Assembly (NCBI GenBank): GCA_045545475.1
Contig: JAZQAZ010000023.1
Location: 72,387-136,386 of the forward strand
Direction: 5' to 3'
DNA length: 64,000 bases
Source of the DNA: Clostridia bacterium
Lineage (GTDB): Bacteria; Bacillota; Clostridia; CAKSNL01; HGM11501
The notes below the pieces were generated by a model. It was not told where the DNA came from, did not search any database, and saw only the letters and a list, made by a program, of their open reading frames with translations. The translations under genes and the position numbers were made by a program. Every line of letters starts with the position of its first letter. The stretch's first letter is position 1. Positions 20,913 through 32,445 of this stretch are shown here, piece after piece.

Positions 20913-21998
20913 TGCTAAGAAATCCTTAAGTTTTCTGCTTCTGGATGGATGGCGTAACTTACGAAGAGCCTTTGCCTCTATCTGACGGATACGCTCTCTT
21001 GTTACGTTGAACACCTTTCCCACTTCTTCAAGTGTGCGGCTTCTTCCGTCATCAAGACCGAAACGGAGTCTTAAAACTCTTTCCTCTCTTGGTGTAAGAG
21101 TATCAAGCACGTCCACAAGCTGCTCTTTAAGAAGCATAAAGGAAGCTGCCTCACTGGGTGCGGGAGCATCCTCGTCGGGAATGAATTCGCCAAGACGTGT
21201 ATCTTCCTCTTCGCCTATGGGCATTTCAAGGGATACAGGTTCCTGAGCTATCTTCATAATCTCACGTACCTTTTCGATGGACATATTCATTTCCTTTGCA
21301 ATTTCTTCCGGAGTTGCATCTCTGCCGTATTCCTGAAGAAGCTGACGTGAAACTCTGATAAGCTTGTTGATTGTTTCAACCATATGCACAGGAACACGGA
21401 TTGTTCTTGCCTGGTCTGCAATCGCTCTTGTTATGGACTGACGAATCCACCATGTGGAATAAGTAGAAAACTTATAACCTTTTGCGTAGTCAAACTTTTC
21501 AACTGCTTTTATAAGACCAAGGTTACCTTCCTGGATAAGGTCCAGGAACAAAAGTCCTCTTCCCACATATTTTTTAGCAATGCTTACAACAAGACGGAGG
21601 TTTGTTTCAATAAGCTTCTGCTTTGCTTCTTCGTCTCCCTCTGACATTTTTCTTGCAAGTTCGTATTCTTCATCTGCAGTTAAAAGCGGAACTTTACCTA
21701 TTTCTTTTAAGTACATTCTTACATGATCATCCACATTTGTGCCGTCAGGAAGATTCATGTCTATTTCTTCTTCTACCTGAACAGGTTCAATCTGTTCAAG
21801 TTCCTTTTCAAGATCTCCGACTACTTCAATTCCTTCACGGTCGAGTGAGTCATAAACCTTTTCCATCTGCTCTTCTTCAAGCTCAAATTCAGCCAATGCA
21901 TCGGCAATTTCTTTATATGATAAAAGCCCTTTCTTCTTTCCCTTTTCCACCAATTCCTTAATTGCGATTTTTCTCGCGGACATGATATTTTCGCTCAT
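20910..21998 (-). CDS. sigA: RNA polymerase primary sigma factor
   Basis: [60 protein letters not shown]; start moved to 21998. Confidence 0.97.
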   Translation of the reverse strand: MSENIMSARKIAIKELVEKGKKKGLLSYKEIADALAEFELEEEQMEKVYDSLDREGIEVVGDLEKELEQIEPVQVEEEIDMNLPDGTNVDDHVRMYLKEIGKVPLLTADEEYELARKMSEGDEEAKQKLIETNLRLVVSIAKKYVGRGLLFLDLIQEGNLGLIKAVEKFDYAKGYKFSTYSTWWIRQSITRAIADQARTIRVPVHMVETINKLIRVSRQLLQEYGRDATPEEIAKEMNMSIEKVREIMKIAQEPVSLEMPIGEEEDTRLGEFIPDEDAPAPSEAASFMLLKEQLVDVLDTLTPREERVLRLRFGLDDGRSRTLEEVGKVFNVTRERIRQIEAKALRKLRHPSRSRKLKDFLA

Positions 21999-21999
21999 A

Positions 22000-23769
22000 T
22001 CACATACCCTCTTTCCGTTTCTTTTCAGCCTTCTTTTTAATAAGTTCATTAAGCTTGGCTATGTTTTTTTCCTCAATATACTTTTTGCTCAGGATATTGA
22101 AACGCTCATCCTCAATTGTATTAAAGGCATCCTGTGCGGCCTTTAAGTTATCGCCGTAGTCATCATCTGAAAATACCGATGCTGCTTCACCCGAAAACTC
22201 GGACGGCAACATGGTTATTATAACAGATGCTTCCGGAACCCTTCCTTCAGAAAGGGTTCGGTAAATAACTTCCGCCAGGCTCTTAAGTGCTTCCGTTGAA
22301 TACTCCTCTGCCTTCATTTCGTCTGAGTATTTCTCATATACCCTTTTATCTCTCGCCATGAGGCTTAAAAGTATCTTTTCTGCTTCATAGCCTTTACCCG
22401 AAAGAAATTCTCCCTCCGGAGCTTTTCTCTCAAGCACAGGACGGGCAAAAATTTTCTTTTCCTCCCGCTTCCTGTAGGATGCATCCTTCTTCATAATTTC
22501 CGCCTTTATGGAATCTTCTGAAATTCCCGTGTCGTCGGAAACCTTTTTGATGTATGCTTCCTGCTCAATGGGGTTTTTAATTTTAAGTAGCACCTCTGCC
22601 GCCGATTTAGTAAATTCCACCTTCTGTTCGACATCTTTTATGTCGTATTTTTCTTTCAATTTTGAAATTCTATAATCGGTGACAACCCTTGCATTCTTAA
22701 TGACACCCTCGAAGGCTTCTTTTCCTTTGAGTTTTATATATTCATCCGGATCTTTACCCTCGGGCAGACTCAAGATCTTGACCTTTATATCCAGCGGCAT
22801 AAATATTTCTATCGCCGCTTCTGTTGCCTTTTGGCCCGGGCCGTCTGAGTCGTAACAAAGATAAACCTCCGAAGAATATTTCTTAATAACTCTCGCCTGT
22901 TCACTTGTCAAAGCTGTTCCCATTGAAGCAACAGCTCCGGTGTATCCTGCCTGATGAAGACTTATTACGTCCATATACCCTTCGCAGAGAATTATTCTTT
23001 TATCAGGCGAGTTTTTTGCATAATTAAGAGCAAACAACTCTCTTCCTTTGAAAAACACAGGACTTTCGGGAGAGTTCATATACTTCGCTTTTTCATCGGG
23101 CGAAAGTGCTCTTCCTCCAAATCCTATTATATTTTTCCTTATATCTATTATCGGAACCATGAGACGGTTTCTGAACCGCTCAATATAGTTTCCACGCTCT
23201 GTTCTCATAATGAGTCCCAGATTAAGAAGTACATCTTTTCCGATACCGTTCTTTTCTGCAAAGCTTAAAAGTGCTCCTCCGTCCGGAGCATACCCCATTC
23301 CGAATCTGGCAACGGTATTATTTTCAAGCTTTCTTTTTAAAAGATACTCTCTTGCCCCGCTTCCGGCATCACTTGATAACATATCACGGTAAAACTTGGC
23401 AACTGCAAGATTTGCCTCATACATTTTCTTTTTCATATCGTGACGCTCTTTATCACGGGACACCTCGTTTGGCTCGGGTAATATTATCCCCGAATTGTCC
23501 GCAAGATATTTAAGGGCTTCCACGAAATCCAGATTTTCTGCCGCCATTACAAAATGGATGGCATTTCCTCCCACATTACATCCGAAGCAGTGATAAAGCT
23601 GCTTGTCCTCGGAAACATGGAATGAAGGTGACTTTTCCTTATGGAAGGGACAAAGTCCCATGTAACCACGGCCGGAACGCTTAAGATGTACATAACTTCC
23701 CACAAGGTTTACGATATCCGTGGCGGATAAAACTTCCTGTATAACCTCTTCAGGATAAAGTGCGGCCAT
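22000..23769 (-). CDS. dnaG: DNA primase
   Basis: CPFH..CFGC zinc finger, [29 protein letters not shown]. Confidence 0.97.
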   Translation of the reverse strand: MAALYPEEVIQEVLSATDIVNLVGSYVHLKRSGRGYMGLCPFHKEKSPSFHVSEDKQLYHCFGCNVGGNAIHFVMAAENLDFVEALKYLADNSGIILPEPNEVSRDKERHDMKKKMYEANLAVAKFYRDMLSSDAGSGAREYLLKRKLENNTVARFGMGYAPDGGALLSFAEKNGIGKDVLLNLGLIMRTERGNYIERFRNRLMVPIIDIRKNIIGFGGRALSPDEKAKYMNSPESPVFFKGRELFALNYAKNSPDKRIILCEGYMDVISLHQAGYTGAVASMGTALTSEQARVIKKYSSEVYLCYDSDGPGQKATEAAIEIFMPLDIKVKILSLPEGKDPDEYIKLKGKEAFEGVIKNARVVTDYRISKLKEKYDIKDVEQKVEFTKSAAEVLLKIKNPIEQEAYIKKVSDDTGISEDSIKAEIMKKDASYRKREEKKIFARPVLERKAPEGEFLSGKGYEAEKILLSLMARDKRVYEKYSDEMKAEEYSTEALKSLAEVIYRTLSEGRVPEASVIITMLPSEFSGEAASVFSDDDYGDNLKAAQDAFNTIEDERFNILSKKYIEEKNIAKLNELIKKKAEKKRKEGM

Positions 23770-23821
23770 AGTTCACCATCCTTTCAAAACGCTCAGCAAA
23801 AAGAGCATCCCATACTTTAAT

Positions 23822-23849
23822 ATTTCGACAATTTATCCGAAAATCCTTT
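23822..23849 (-). promoter_or_regulatory. SigH-like promoter of dnaG-sigA
   Basis: Minus strand AAAGGATTT-11 bp-GTCGAAAT. Confidence 0.55.
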
Positions 23850-23863
23850 TTATATTATTAAAA

Positions 23864-24862
23864 TTATCTTTTATGCCATGACTCCGGAACAAAAAGTTCG
23901 TTGTACTTATATACGCAGAAAACGTCTGTCATTCCTGATATGTAATCGCATACGCTGATTTCAGGATTTTCCTTATCATAGCCGGGTTCATTTTTAAGAA
24001 GTTCATGGTTTTCCATGAAATATTCATAGAGTGCCTTTACAATTCCGAAAACTTTTTTCTCTTCCGTCTTCGCTTCAGAATCAAGGTATACATTGGCAAA
24101 CATGAACTTTTCCAATTCCATCATCGCTCCATATACCTCTGTGCTTAAAATGATATCTTCCCCGCTCATTTTTATGCAATCTCTTACTATCGTATCAATT
24201 CTTTTCCCGTGAGAATGTCCCAAAGTCTTGGTGCATTCGGAAGGAAGTGCTTCTTCTGTCAAAATTCCCGCACGGCATGCATCATCAATATCATGGTTTA
24301 TATATGCAACTTTATCTGCCAAGCGACACACTCTGCCCTCCAATGTTTCGGGATAGTTTTGCCCTACATGATTAAGTATCCCGTCCATTACCTCGTAAGT
24401 AAGATTTATACCGCATCCGCCCTCCAAATATTTAACTATGCGAAGGCTCTGCTCATTGTGACGGAATCCTTTTTTGGTGAGCTCTGCCAAAGCACGTTCG
24501 CCTGCATGTCCGAAAGGCGTATGCCCAAGGTCATGTCCCATAGCAATTGCCTCAGTCAGGTCTTCGTTGAGGCAAAGAGCACGGCTTATGCTTCTCGCAA
24601 TCTGCCCAACCTCCAATGTATGAGTGAGTCTTGTTCTGTAATGGTCGCCCAATGGTGCTATAAAAACCTGAGTTTTATGCTTAAGGCGACGGAAAGCCTT
24701 GGTATATATTATCTTATCTCTGTCTCTTTGAAAATCTGTTCGCAAATCGCAGGGGGTAATCTCCCTCTCTCTGCCCTTTGATTTTTCAGATAATGCGGCA
24801 TAGACAGATAAGGTTTCCCTTTCCCTTTTTTCAAGCATTTCTCTTACTGTCAATAGAATCAC
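23864..24862 (-). CDS. dgt: dGTP triphosphohydrolase (HD domain)
   Basis: RTDFQRDRDKI, FRRLKHKTQV, RTRLTHTLEV, HDLGHTPFGHAGE. Confidence 0.93.
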   Translation of the reverse strand: MILLTVREMLEKRERETLSVYAALSEKSKGREREITPCDLRTDFQRDRDKIIYTKAFRRLKHKTQVFIAPLGDHYRTRLTHTLEVGQIARSISRALCLNEDLTEAIAMGHDLGHTPFGHAGERALAELTKKGFRHNEQSLRIVKYLEGGCGINLTYEVMDGILNHVGQNYPETLEGRVCRLADKVAYINHDIDDACRAGILTEEALPSECTKTLGHSHGKRIDTIVRDCIKMSGEDIILSTEVYGAMMELEKFMFANVYLDSEAKTEEKKVFGIVKALYEYFMENHELLKNEPGYDKENPEISVCDYISGMTDVFCVYKYNELFVPESWHKR

Positions 24863-24875
24863 TCCTTAAAAATGA

Positions 24876-25319
24876 TTATAAAAACATCAAAAGACCTATT
24901 GCTATACCTAAAACGCAGCCAACTATAACCTCAAGCACGGTATGTCCCAAAAGCTCCTTTAAATACACCGGAACTTCTCCGTGAAGCATTTCCTGCAAAT
25001 CGTTTATAACCTTTGCCTGCTCACCTGCTGCTTTTCTTACACCGGATGCATCGTACATAACTATAAACGAAAGGACAAAGGCTATGGCAAAAAATGTTGA
25101 ATCAAACCCCTCCACAATGCCCACTGACGTCGTCATAGCACCTACAAAGGCACTGTGAGAGCTTGGCATACCGCCTGAACCAACGATACGGCTGATATCC
25201 AATTTTCTTTCGGTAAGTAAAATGTACACTACTTTAAGCACCTGTGCTATTATCCATCCGAGTATTGCCGCAAGCAACACTTTATTACATATTATTTCTT
25301 CCCAAAATCTCATTTTCAA
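24876..25319 (-). CDS. Divergent PAP2 family (DUF212) protein
   Basis: GGMPSSHSA, VMYDASGVR, LGHT. Confidence 0.9.
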   Translation of the reverse strand: MKMRFWEEIICNKVLLAAILGWIIAQVLKVVYILLTERKLDISRIVGSGGMPSSHSAFVGAMTTSVGIVEGFDSTFFAIAFVLSFIVMYDASGVRKAAGEQAKVINDLQEMLHGEVPVYLKELLGHTVLEVIVGCVLGIAIGLLMFL

Positions 25320-26182
25320 GTCCTTCTTTTCAAAAGATACATGGCAAATTCCTTTAAGAATTCGCCGTTTTCAAATTTTTCCAACGCCGATATGGCTTTT
25401 TTTGTTGTTGCTTCCAGCATTTCTTCCGTTTTTTCGATACCATATAAGGTAATGAATGTGGTTTTTTCGTTTTTGGCATCGCTTCCGATATTTTTCCCAA
25501 GTTCTTCTGCCGTCGAAGTTTCGTCCAGAATATCGTCCTTAAGCTGAAAAGCAAGGCCTAAATTTTCAGAATAGTCTGAAAGCAGATTTTCGTTCACGCC
25601 GGAAAGAGCACATCCCATTTCAGTTGCCGCTTTTATCAGTGCCCCTGTTTTCATGGCATGCATCTTCGTAAGTTCTTCTGCAGAGAGTTTTCTTTTCTCT
25701 CCTTCCAGATCCACAACTTGTCCGCCTATCATTCCAAGATAGCCTGATGCCTTTCCCATAAGCGAAACCGCTTTTAGTTTATTCTCCGTATCGAATGGAG
25801 CCCCTAATGCCGTTTCAAAAGCAAGATTTAAAAGTGCATCGCCTGCGAGTATTGCCATTGCTTCTCCATATACAACGTGGTTTGTAGGCTTACCTCGTCT
25901 TAAATCGTCATTGTCCATTGAAGGAAGGTCATCATGAATTAAAGAATATGTGTGAATCATTTCAAGTGCCGCAGCAAAAGGCAGAACCTTTTCCTCAGAA
26001 AGTCCGAAAACCTCGCATGTTGCCATCATCAACACAGGACGGATTCTCTTTCCTCCCGCAAGAAGACTGTAATTCATCGCTTCAGTAATTCTTTTCTGCA
26101 AGAGGCCTTCGCCTTTTATAACACTTTCAAGATAATTGTTGATTTTTTCCTGCTTAGCTGAAAGCTCTTTCAAAAAATCCAT
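25316..26182 (-). CDS. ispA: Farnesyl diphosphate synthase
   Basis: GGKRIRP, HDDLPSMDNDDLRRG, FQLKDDILD. Confidence 0.93.
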   Translation of the reverse strand: MDFLKELSAKQEKINNYLESVIKGEGLLQKRITEAMNYSLLAGGKRIRPVLMMATCEVFGLSEEKVLPFAAALEMIHTYSLIHDDLPSMDNDDLRRGKPTNHVVYGEAMAILAGDALLNLAFETALGAPFDTENKLKAVSLMGKASGYLGMIGGQVVDLEGEKRKLSAEELTKMHAMKTGALIKAATEMGCALSGVNENLLSDYSENLGLAFQLKDDILDETSTAEELGKNIGSDAKNEKTTFITLYGIEKTEEMLEATTKKAISALEKFENGEFLKEFAMYLLKRRT

Positions 26183-26186
26183 ACAA

Positions 26187-26411
26187 TCACGCTTCCTCTA
26201 CGTCAAAGGGCACTTCTTTGACATTACCGTCAGAATCAGTTGTAATCTTTACTATTTTCTGCTGTGCCTCACTTAAAAGTTCGCTGCACTTTTTTGTAAG
26301 CTCCACTCCCTTTTCAAAAAGTGCCATAGAATCGGCAAGTGAAAGCTCCCCGCTTTCAAGTTTTTCAGTTATTTCAGAAAGTTCTTCCATCATCTTTTCA
26401 AAATCGTTCAT
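26187..26411 (-). CDS. xseB: Exodeoxyribonuclease VII small subunit
   Basis: FE..M.EL..I..KLESGELSL; follows xseA. Confidence 0.93.
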   Translation of the reverse strand: MNDFEKMMEELSEITEKLESGELSLADSMALFEKGVELTKKCSELLSEAQQKIVKITTDSDGNVKEVPFDVEEA

Positions 26412-26413
26412 TT

Positions 26414-27634
26414 TTAACCCTCGCTTTCAGAAGATAAAACTTCTTCAATACGTGCCTTTACACTTCCGTCGGACAATTTAATTCCGACTTTCATACCTTT
26501 ATCAAGATCTTTAACGCTTTTTATAACGCTATCCTTATAATCTGTTACGATACCGTAGCCTCTGGCAAGAACGCCAAGCGGAGAAAGCGAATCAAGCTTT
26601 GCGGCATTTACTGCAAGTGCCTTCTCTTTTTTATTCAATATTGAACCTATGCTTTTTATCATATACTGATTTTTTGTATCAATAAGTATCATAAGATTAT
26701 TAAGCTTGTCCGAAAATCTTTCTGCAGAAAGCATCTTTTTCGCATAATTAAGACGATCAGTCCTTTGTCTCAGCGACTGAATCAGAGCATTTTTCATACG
26801 CTCTTTTCCTACAGAAAGTCTTTCATAGAGTTCCTCAGACGAAGGAACCGCAAGCTCCGCCGCAGCCGAGGGCGTAGGAGCACGCATATCCGCCACAAAG
26901 TCTGCTATGGTAAAGTCTATTTCATGTCCCACTGCAGAAATTATCGGAATTTCACTTTTAAAAATCGCACGGGCTGTTATTTCCTCATTAAATGCCCATA
27001 AATCCTCAATGGAGCCGCCGCCTCTGCCTGCAATTATAACGTCAACACTTTTCGTTTCGTTAAAATATTCTATTCCTCTGCAAACATTTTCGGCCGCACC
27101 CTCTCCCTGAACCTTGGAGGGATATAAAATTATATCTGCATAGCGAAAGCGTCTTTTTATTACGTTTATAATATCTCTTACTGCAGCACCTGTATCGCTT
27201 GTTATAACGCCGACTCTTTTGGGATACGTAGGAATAGGCTTCTTAAATTCTTCGTCAAACAAGCCTTCTGTCCTCAGCTTTTCCTTAAGCTGATTGAATG
27301 CCGCATAAAGCTCTCCGAGACCATCTAAAACTAGTTCCTCTATGTATAGCTGATAGCTTCCGCCGGGTTCATAAACCGTAACACGCCCACGAGCCAGAAC
27401 CTTCATTCCATCTTCAGGACGAAAGGTAAGGTTTTGATTTGCTCCTCGGAACATACAAGCCTTAAGCACGCTCTTTTCATCCTTTAAGGTCAGATACATA
27501 TGGCCTGACGGGAGATTTACCTTGAAGTTGGATATTTCGCCCTGTATCCATATATCTTTAAGTCCTGCTCTGGAATCCAACAGTTTTTTCATATTGGAAT
27601 TAAGCTCGGATACCGTCATTTTAAGCTGATCCAT
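26414..27634 (-). CDS. xseA: Exodeoxyribonuclease VII large subunit
   Basis: GEISNF, RGGGSIEDLWAFN, SAVGHEID, RAPTPSAAAE. Confidence 0.96.
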   Translation of the reverse strand: MDQLKMTVSELNSNMKKLLDSRAGLKDIWIQGEISNFKVNLPSGHMYLTLKDEKSVLKACMFRGANQNLTFRPEDGMKVLARGRVTVYEPGGSYQLYIEELVLDGLGELYAAFNQLKEKLRTEGLFDEEFKKPIPTYPKRVGVITSDTGAAVRDIINVIKRRFRYADIILYPSKVQGEGAAENVCRGIEYFNETKSVDVIIAGRGGGSIEDLWAFNEEITARAIFKSEIPIISAVGHEIDFTIADFVADMRAPTPSAAAELAVPSSEELYERLSVGKERMKNALIQSLRQRTDRLNYAKKMLSAERFSDKLNNLMILIDTKNQYMIKSIGSILNKKEKALAVNAAKLDSLSPLGVLARGYGIVTDYKDSVIKSVKDLDKGMKVGIKLSDGSVKARIEEVLSSESEG

Positions 27635-28062
27635 TAGCTTTCCAGTTCCTTTCGGATATATTCTCCAAGAATTCCGTTTACGAATTTTCCTTCTTCATCT
27701 CCGGCATATTTCTTTACAATTTCCACAGTTTCCGATGCACTTACCTTTATCGGAATATCTTCCATATAAAGAATTTCATATATGCAAAGTCTCAGTGCCG
27801 CAAGACAAACTCTGTTTATTCTGTCTATTGTCCAGTTCTTAAGATACTTTTTGATGATTTCATCAAGAAGTTCCTCGTTCTCGGAAACTCCCGGGCAAAC
27901 CTTTTCTATATAAGCCTTATCTTCTTCATTTGCTTCCTTGCCTGACCATATTTCAGAATCCTTTGCTTCCTCATAATAACCATCGGGAATTCTCTCGTCT
28001 CCCTTTGTTATCATTGCAAAAATCATTTTGAAAGCGTTTTCTCTTGAAGTTTTTCTGCTCAT
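27634..28062 (-). CDS. nusB: Transcription antitermination factor NusB
   Basis: N-terminal R..SRE, W.IDRI, FVNGILG. Confidence 0.9.
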   Translation of the reverse strand: MSRKTSRENAFKMIFAMITKGDERIPDGYYEEAKDSEIWSGKEANEEDKAYIEKVCPGVSENEELLDEIIKKYLKNWTIDRINRVCLAALRLCIYEILYMEDIPIKVSASETVEIVKKYAGDEEGKFVNGILGEYIRKELES

Positions 28063-28082
28063 CTTTATCCCCTTCTCTCAAG

Positions 28083-29120
28083 TTATTTTATCAGTTTCAT
28101 TATATCGGACCAGGTTATAACAACCGCAAGAAGCATTAAAAGGATAAATCCTGTCGCATGAACAGCTGCTTCAAATTTTTGCGGAACCTTTTTTCTTATC
28201 ACCATTTCGACAAAGGTAAATAAAACTCTTCCGCCGTCCAGTGCCGGAAGCGGCAAAAGATTCATCACTCCGAGATTTGCTCCGATCAATGCCATGAGAT
28301 TCAATATATTAAGGAGCAATATATAATATCGCTCACCCTTGTTTTCAATTTCCATAGTGGCATCCACCACATCGTCAACCACCGTCGCTATTCCGACTGG
28401 GCCGGACACACTTTCAAGCCCTATTGTTCCTGTTATCATCTGCTTAATTGTCCAGAATACGCTTTTAACGCTGAATGCAGTTTCGTAAAAACCGTTTCTC
28501 AGCGCCATAAGTGGTGTATTTTCCTTTACTGCCGGAGAAAAGCCGAATTTATAACCCGTTTCAGTTGCATAAGGAGTCAGCGTAAATGTCATCTTTTCTC
28601 CATTACGAAGTACGGTAATATCCACCGCTTCTCCTTTGTTTTCCATCATTTTAAGTTGAATGTCAGAGTATATGTTTATCCCCGTATTATCCATTTTTAT
28701 AATTTCGTCGCCAACGGATAAAACCGAAGCAGGAACATCGTCATTCAGAATTGCTCCAACCTCTGTGGAATATACATATTTCTGAGAAAAGCATATAATC
28801 ATGAAAAGGACAAGGGCAAGAAGAATGTTCATCGCCGCTCCGGCTACCAAAATTACAAGCCTTTTCCATGGTTTTAATGCAGAAAAGGACCTTTCTTCCT
28901 CCACTTCCTCGTTTTCTCCCCTCATAGCACAGTAGCCGCCGATGGGGAAAAGCCTTAATGAATAAAGAGTTTCCTTTCCTTGTTTTTTAAGTATTGCCGG
29001 CCCCATGCCGAGGGCAAACTCCTCAACATATACGCCGAAGCTTTTTGCCGCAATGAAATGACCGAACTCATGTATAAAAATCATTACGCCAAGAATTAAA
29101 ACTGTCCAGATAATGTTCAT
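28083..29120 (-). CDS. rseP: RIP metalloprotease RseP/RasP
   Basis: HEFGH, NLLPLPALDGG, PDZ-like region. Confidence 0.93.
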   Translation of the reverse strand: MNIIWTVLILGVMIFIHEFGHFIAAKSFGVYVEEFALGMGPAILKKQGKETLYSLRLFPIGGYCAMRGENEEVEEERSFSALKPWKRLVILVAGAAMNILLALVLFMIICFSQKYVYSTEVGAILNDDVPASVLSVGDEIIKMDNTGINIYSDIQLKMMENKGEAVDITVLRNGEKMTFTLTPYATETGYKFGFSPAVKENTPLMALRNGFYETAFSVKSVFWTIKQMITGTIGLESVSGPVGIATVVDDVVDATMEIENKGERYYILLLNILNLMALIGANLGVMNLLPLPALDGGRVLFTFVEMVIRKKVPQKFEAAVHATGFILLMLLAVVITWSDIMKLIK

Positions 29121-29137
29121 AAAAAGATCCTTTCAAA

Positions 29138-30283
29138 TCACAGGTTAAATTTTGTTTTAACAAACTCCCTTGCCTCTCTGTCTGCATCAAAGATGTCAGC
29201 CAGTGTGGGATTTTCCTTTATCTTATGATTTTCCATTGCTCCTTCTACCATATCAGCTATGTCAAGAAAACGGCATTTTTCCATTAAAAATGCAGAAACC
29301 GCTTCTTCGTTAGCACCGTTTAAGATTGTGGGCATAGTTCCGCCCAGTTCTGATGATTTAAATGCAAGGGCCAGCATGCGGAAAGTGTCGGTATCCGGTT
29401 TTTCAAATGTCAAATTTCCTTTTGCGAAAATATCAAGCTCGCTTCCGGAAATTTCGCTCCTCTCCGGGTAGTTTAGTGCCACGCTGATGGGAGTTCTCAT
29501 ATCCGCAGAGCCAAGCTGTGCTATTACGGCACCGTCAACAAATTCCACCATGGAATGAACTATACTCTGGCGGTGTACAACAACTTCTATTTTATCAGCC
29601 GGAACACCGAAAAGGTGTGTTGCTTCAATAACTTCAAGTCCTTTATTGGCTAAGCTTGCACTGTCTATGGTAATCTTTGCACCCATTGACCATGTCGGAT
29701 GCTTTAAGGCATCTTTCGCTGTTACATTTTCAAGTTCTTCTTTCTTTTTCCCGAAAAAAGGGCCGCCTGATGCTGTCAAGTATATTCTCTTAAGAGTGTT
29801 TCTTCCGTCAAGACACTGAAAAATGGCACTGTGTTCAGAGTCCACAGGAAGAATCTTCACATTTTTTTCCTTCGCCCTTGCCATTACAATATCTCCTGCG
29901 GTAACAAGTGTTTCCTTATTTGCAAGAGCTATGTCCTTACCTGACTCAATTGCCGCCAAAACAGGCTTTAATCCTGCAATTCCCACAATTGCTCCCACCG
30001 TAATATCGGCATCTTCCACCGAAGCTGCGGCACATAATCCGTCTTCACCGGAAAGGACTTTTATGTTTGTATCCGCAAGTCTTACCTTTAAGTCTTTTGC
30101 CGCCGTTTCAGATGCAACAGCAACAATTTGGGGGTTAAATTCCCTTGCCTGCTCCTCCAAGAGAGCAACATTGCTTCTTGCCGCAAGAGCAGAAACAGAA
30201 AAGCTTTCGCGGTCTCTTCTTATGATGTCAAGGGTTTGTGTTCCGACAGAGCCGGTGGAACCCAGAACGCTTACTTTCTTCAA
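29138..30283 (-). CDS. dxr: 1-deoxy-D-xylulose-5-phosphate reductoisomerase
   Basis: LGSTGSVG, LANKE, PVDSEHSA, TASGGPF, HPTWSMGAKITIDSA. Confidence 0.97.
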   Translation of the reverse strand: MKKVSVLGSTGSVGTQTLDIIRRDRESFSVSALAARSNVALLEEQAREFNPQIVAVASETAAKDLKVRLADTNIKVLSGEDGLCAAASVEDADITVGAIVGIAGLKPVLAAIESGKDIALANKETLVTAGDIVMARAKEKNVKILPVDSEHSAIFQCLDGRNTLKRIYLTASGGPFFGKKKEELENVTAKDALKHPTWSMGAKITIDSASLANKGLEVIEATHLFGVPADKIEVVVHRQSIVHSMVEFVDGAVIAQLGSADMRTPISVALNYPERSEISGSELDIFAKGNLTFEKPDTDTFRMLALAFKSSELGGTMPTILNGANEEAVSAFLMEKCRFLDIADMVEGAMENHKIKENPTLADIFDADREAREFVKTKFNL

Positions 30284-30298
30284 GGCAAAGCCCTCCTT

Positions 30299-31132
30299 TT
30301 AAGCAAATACAGGAAAATAGTGAACAAAATAGTATACAACGGGAGATGCAAAAATTATGCTGTCAAGTCTGTCAAGAATTCCACCGTGGCCGGGAATTAA
30401 GTTGCCGTAGTCTTTAATTCCGGCTTCTCTCTTTATGGCAGAAAGGGACAAGTCTCCTATCTGAGAAAAGATTGATGTTAAAAATCCCAGCATAGCAAGA
30501 TGCAAGTAGTTTGCCGTTATATCTTTGTTTATAAGAGTAACGATAAAGCCGTATATCATCATCATTAAAACAGAACCGATTAAGCCGGAAACAGAACCTT
30601 CCACCGTTTTCTTGGGACTGATTTTCGGAGCCAGCTTTCTCTTTCCGAAAAGCTTTCCGCCGAAAAGGGCAAAAGTATCCGTGAAACAGGCACCCACGAG
30701 TATTGCCCAGATAAGATATGCACCGAGCTCTTTTTCTGTCCTTATTTTTACCGCATATGACAGGAAGTAAACCAAAAGACAGCTTATTAAAAGAGCAGAA
30801 AACATATCCCTTACTTTAACATTTTCGTTAAAAATAAGCATAAGTACAAAACCGAGCAGAATATATGCTGTAAGAATAAGCGACAGCAAATCAAGCCCTG
30901 TTTTATCGATAATTACTCCGGACTTTACAATAAATACTATCGGAACCGACAGCATTATATACATAAGCACCGGTAGCTTTTCCTTTATGTTGAATCCGTA
31001 TGCCGCACATATTTCATATACGGACATACACGCAACTAATGCAGCCGCAATTACAAGCACAGTTTTTCCTGCCAGCAGCAAAAGTACCACCGCAGGGACC
31101 ATAATTGTTGCGGCAATAATTCTTTGTTTCAT
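30299..31132 (-). CDS. cdsA: Phosphatidate cytidylyltransferase
   Basis: SPKKTVEG, KDYGNLIPGHGGILDRLDS. Confidence 0.95.
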   Translation of the reverse strand: MKQRIIAATIMVPAVVLLLLAGKTVLVIAAALVACMSVYEICAAYGFNIKEKLPVLMYIMLSVPIVFIVKSGVIIDKTGLDLLSLILTAYILLGFVLMLIFNENVKVRDMFSALLISCLLVYFLSYAVKIRTEKELGAYLIWAILVGACFTDTFALFGGKLFGKRKLAPKISPKKTVEGSVSGLIGSVLMMMIYGFIVTLINKDITANYLHLAMLGFLTSIFSQIGDLSLSAIKREAGIKDYGNLIPGHGGILDRLDSIIFASPVVYYFVHYFPVFA

Positions 31133-31134
31133 AA

Positions 31135-31878
31135 TTATACTCCACCAAAGCGTCTGTTACGCTTCTGATAATCATAAATCGCCTTTATTAAATCATCACC
31201 GGTAAAATCAGGCCACAGAATGTCGGAAAACCAGAATTCCGAATATGCACTTCCCCAAAGAAGGAAATTGCTTAAGCGGTATTCTCCGCTGGGCCTTATG
31301 ATAAGATCGGGATCTCCCGCTTCAGGGTTATACATAAGGGATGAAAGAAGTGCTTCGTCAATGTCCGAAGAATCTATCTTTCCTTCCTTAACCATTTCGG
31401 CGGCCTTACGTGCCGCTGAAACTATTTCAAGCCTTCCGCCGTAGTTTAATGCTATCTGCACAAGCATTGATTTTCCGTCTTTTGTCTTTTCCTCGATGTT
31501 TTCTATGCCTTTTCTTATGCTTTCGGGAAGGGAGGCCATATCCCCTATTATCTTAACACGGGTATCCTTACCGGCAAGCTTTTTAAGACCGTTTTCAAGA
31601 TAGTCATTTAATAAAACCATCAAAGCATCCACTTCTTCTTTTGGGCGGTTCCAATTTTCAGTTGAAAAAGCGTAAACCGTAACCACCTTTATTCCGAAGT
31701 TTCCCGCAAAGTCAATTATCTCATCGAACTTTTTTGCACCGGCACTATGACCGAAAGAGCGGGGCATGCCCCGCTTTTTCGCCCAACGGCCGTTGCCGTC
31801 CATTATAATTCCTATGTGGGAGGGAAGATGCTCCATATCGATTAAAGACCTTAAGTCTTTCTTCTTCCGGCCGAACAT
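31135..31878 (-). CDS. uppS: Undecaprenyl diphosphate synthase
   Basis: IMDGNGRWA, AFSTENW, RLSNFLLW; start likely 31878. Confidence 0.95.
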   Translation of the reverse strand: MFGRKKKDLRSLIDMEHLPSHIGIIMDGNGRWAKKRGMPRSFGHSAGAKKFDEIIDFAGNFGIKVVTVYAFSTENWNRPKEEVDALMVLLNDYLENGLKKLAGKDTRVKIIGDMASLPESIRKGIENIEEKTKDGKSMLVQIALNYGGRLEIVSAARKAAEMVKEGKIDSSDIDEALLSSLMYNPEAGDPDLIIRPSGEYRLSNFLLWGSAYSEFWFSDILWPDFTGDDLIKAIYDYQKRNRRFGGV

Positions 31879-31879
31879 T

Positions 31880-32428
31880 TTATATAGCCATAATTGCCTT
31901 TTCTTTGTTTGCGGCAATTGTTTCGATTTCCTTTATAGCGTCGTCTGTAACCTTCTGAACGTCCTTTTCAACGTTCTTCATATCGTCCTCTGTAAGTGTT
32001 CCTTCCTTCTTCTGCTTTTTAAACACTTCAAGAATATCACGACGGATATTTCTCACATTAACCTTTGCATCCTCTGTCTTTTTATTAAGAGTCTTAACAA
32101 GGTCTTTTCTGGATTCCTCTGTAAGAGAGGGGAATACAAGACGGATAACCTTACCGTCGTTCTGAGGATTGATTCCAAGTTCTGACTTCTGGATTGCTTT
32201 TTCGATTTCCTTTAAGGTTGTAGCATCCCAGGGCTGAATTGTAAGGGTGTGAGCATCTGTTGCAGAAACTGTTGCCATCTGATTGATGGGTGTATCTGTT
32301 CCGTAGTAGCTTACCATAATTCTATCAAGTACGCTGGGAGAAGCCTTACCAACTCTGATTGTTGCCAAATCCTCTTCAAAATACTTTATGCTCTTTTCAA
32401 TTTTTGTTTTCATTTCGTTCATTGCCAT
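31880..32428 (-). CDS. frr: Ribosome recycling factor
   Basis: IR.GKASP, IQPWD, GINPQNDG, LTEESRK. Confidence 0.96.
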   Translation of the reverse strand: MAMNEMKTKIEKSIKYFEEDLATIRVGKASPSVLDRIMVSYYGTDTPINQMATVSATDAHTLTIQPWDATTLKEIEKAIQKSELGINPQNDGKVIRLVFPSLTEESRKDLVKTLNKKTEDAKVNVRNIRRDILEVFKKQKKEGTLTEDDMKNVEKDVQKVTDDAIKEIETIAANKEKAIMAI

Positions 32429-32445
32429 TTTTATATTCCTCCTTA

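Noticed and set aside
20455-20985. ORFs 20455..20985 (+) and 20546..20857 (-), and the N-terminal extension of trmK
   Set aside because: By-products of the in-frame tandem repeat; no RBS or domain.
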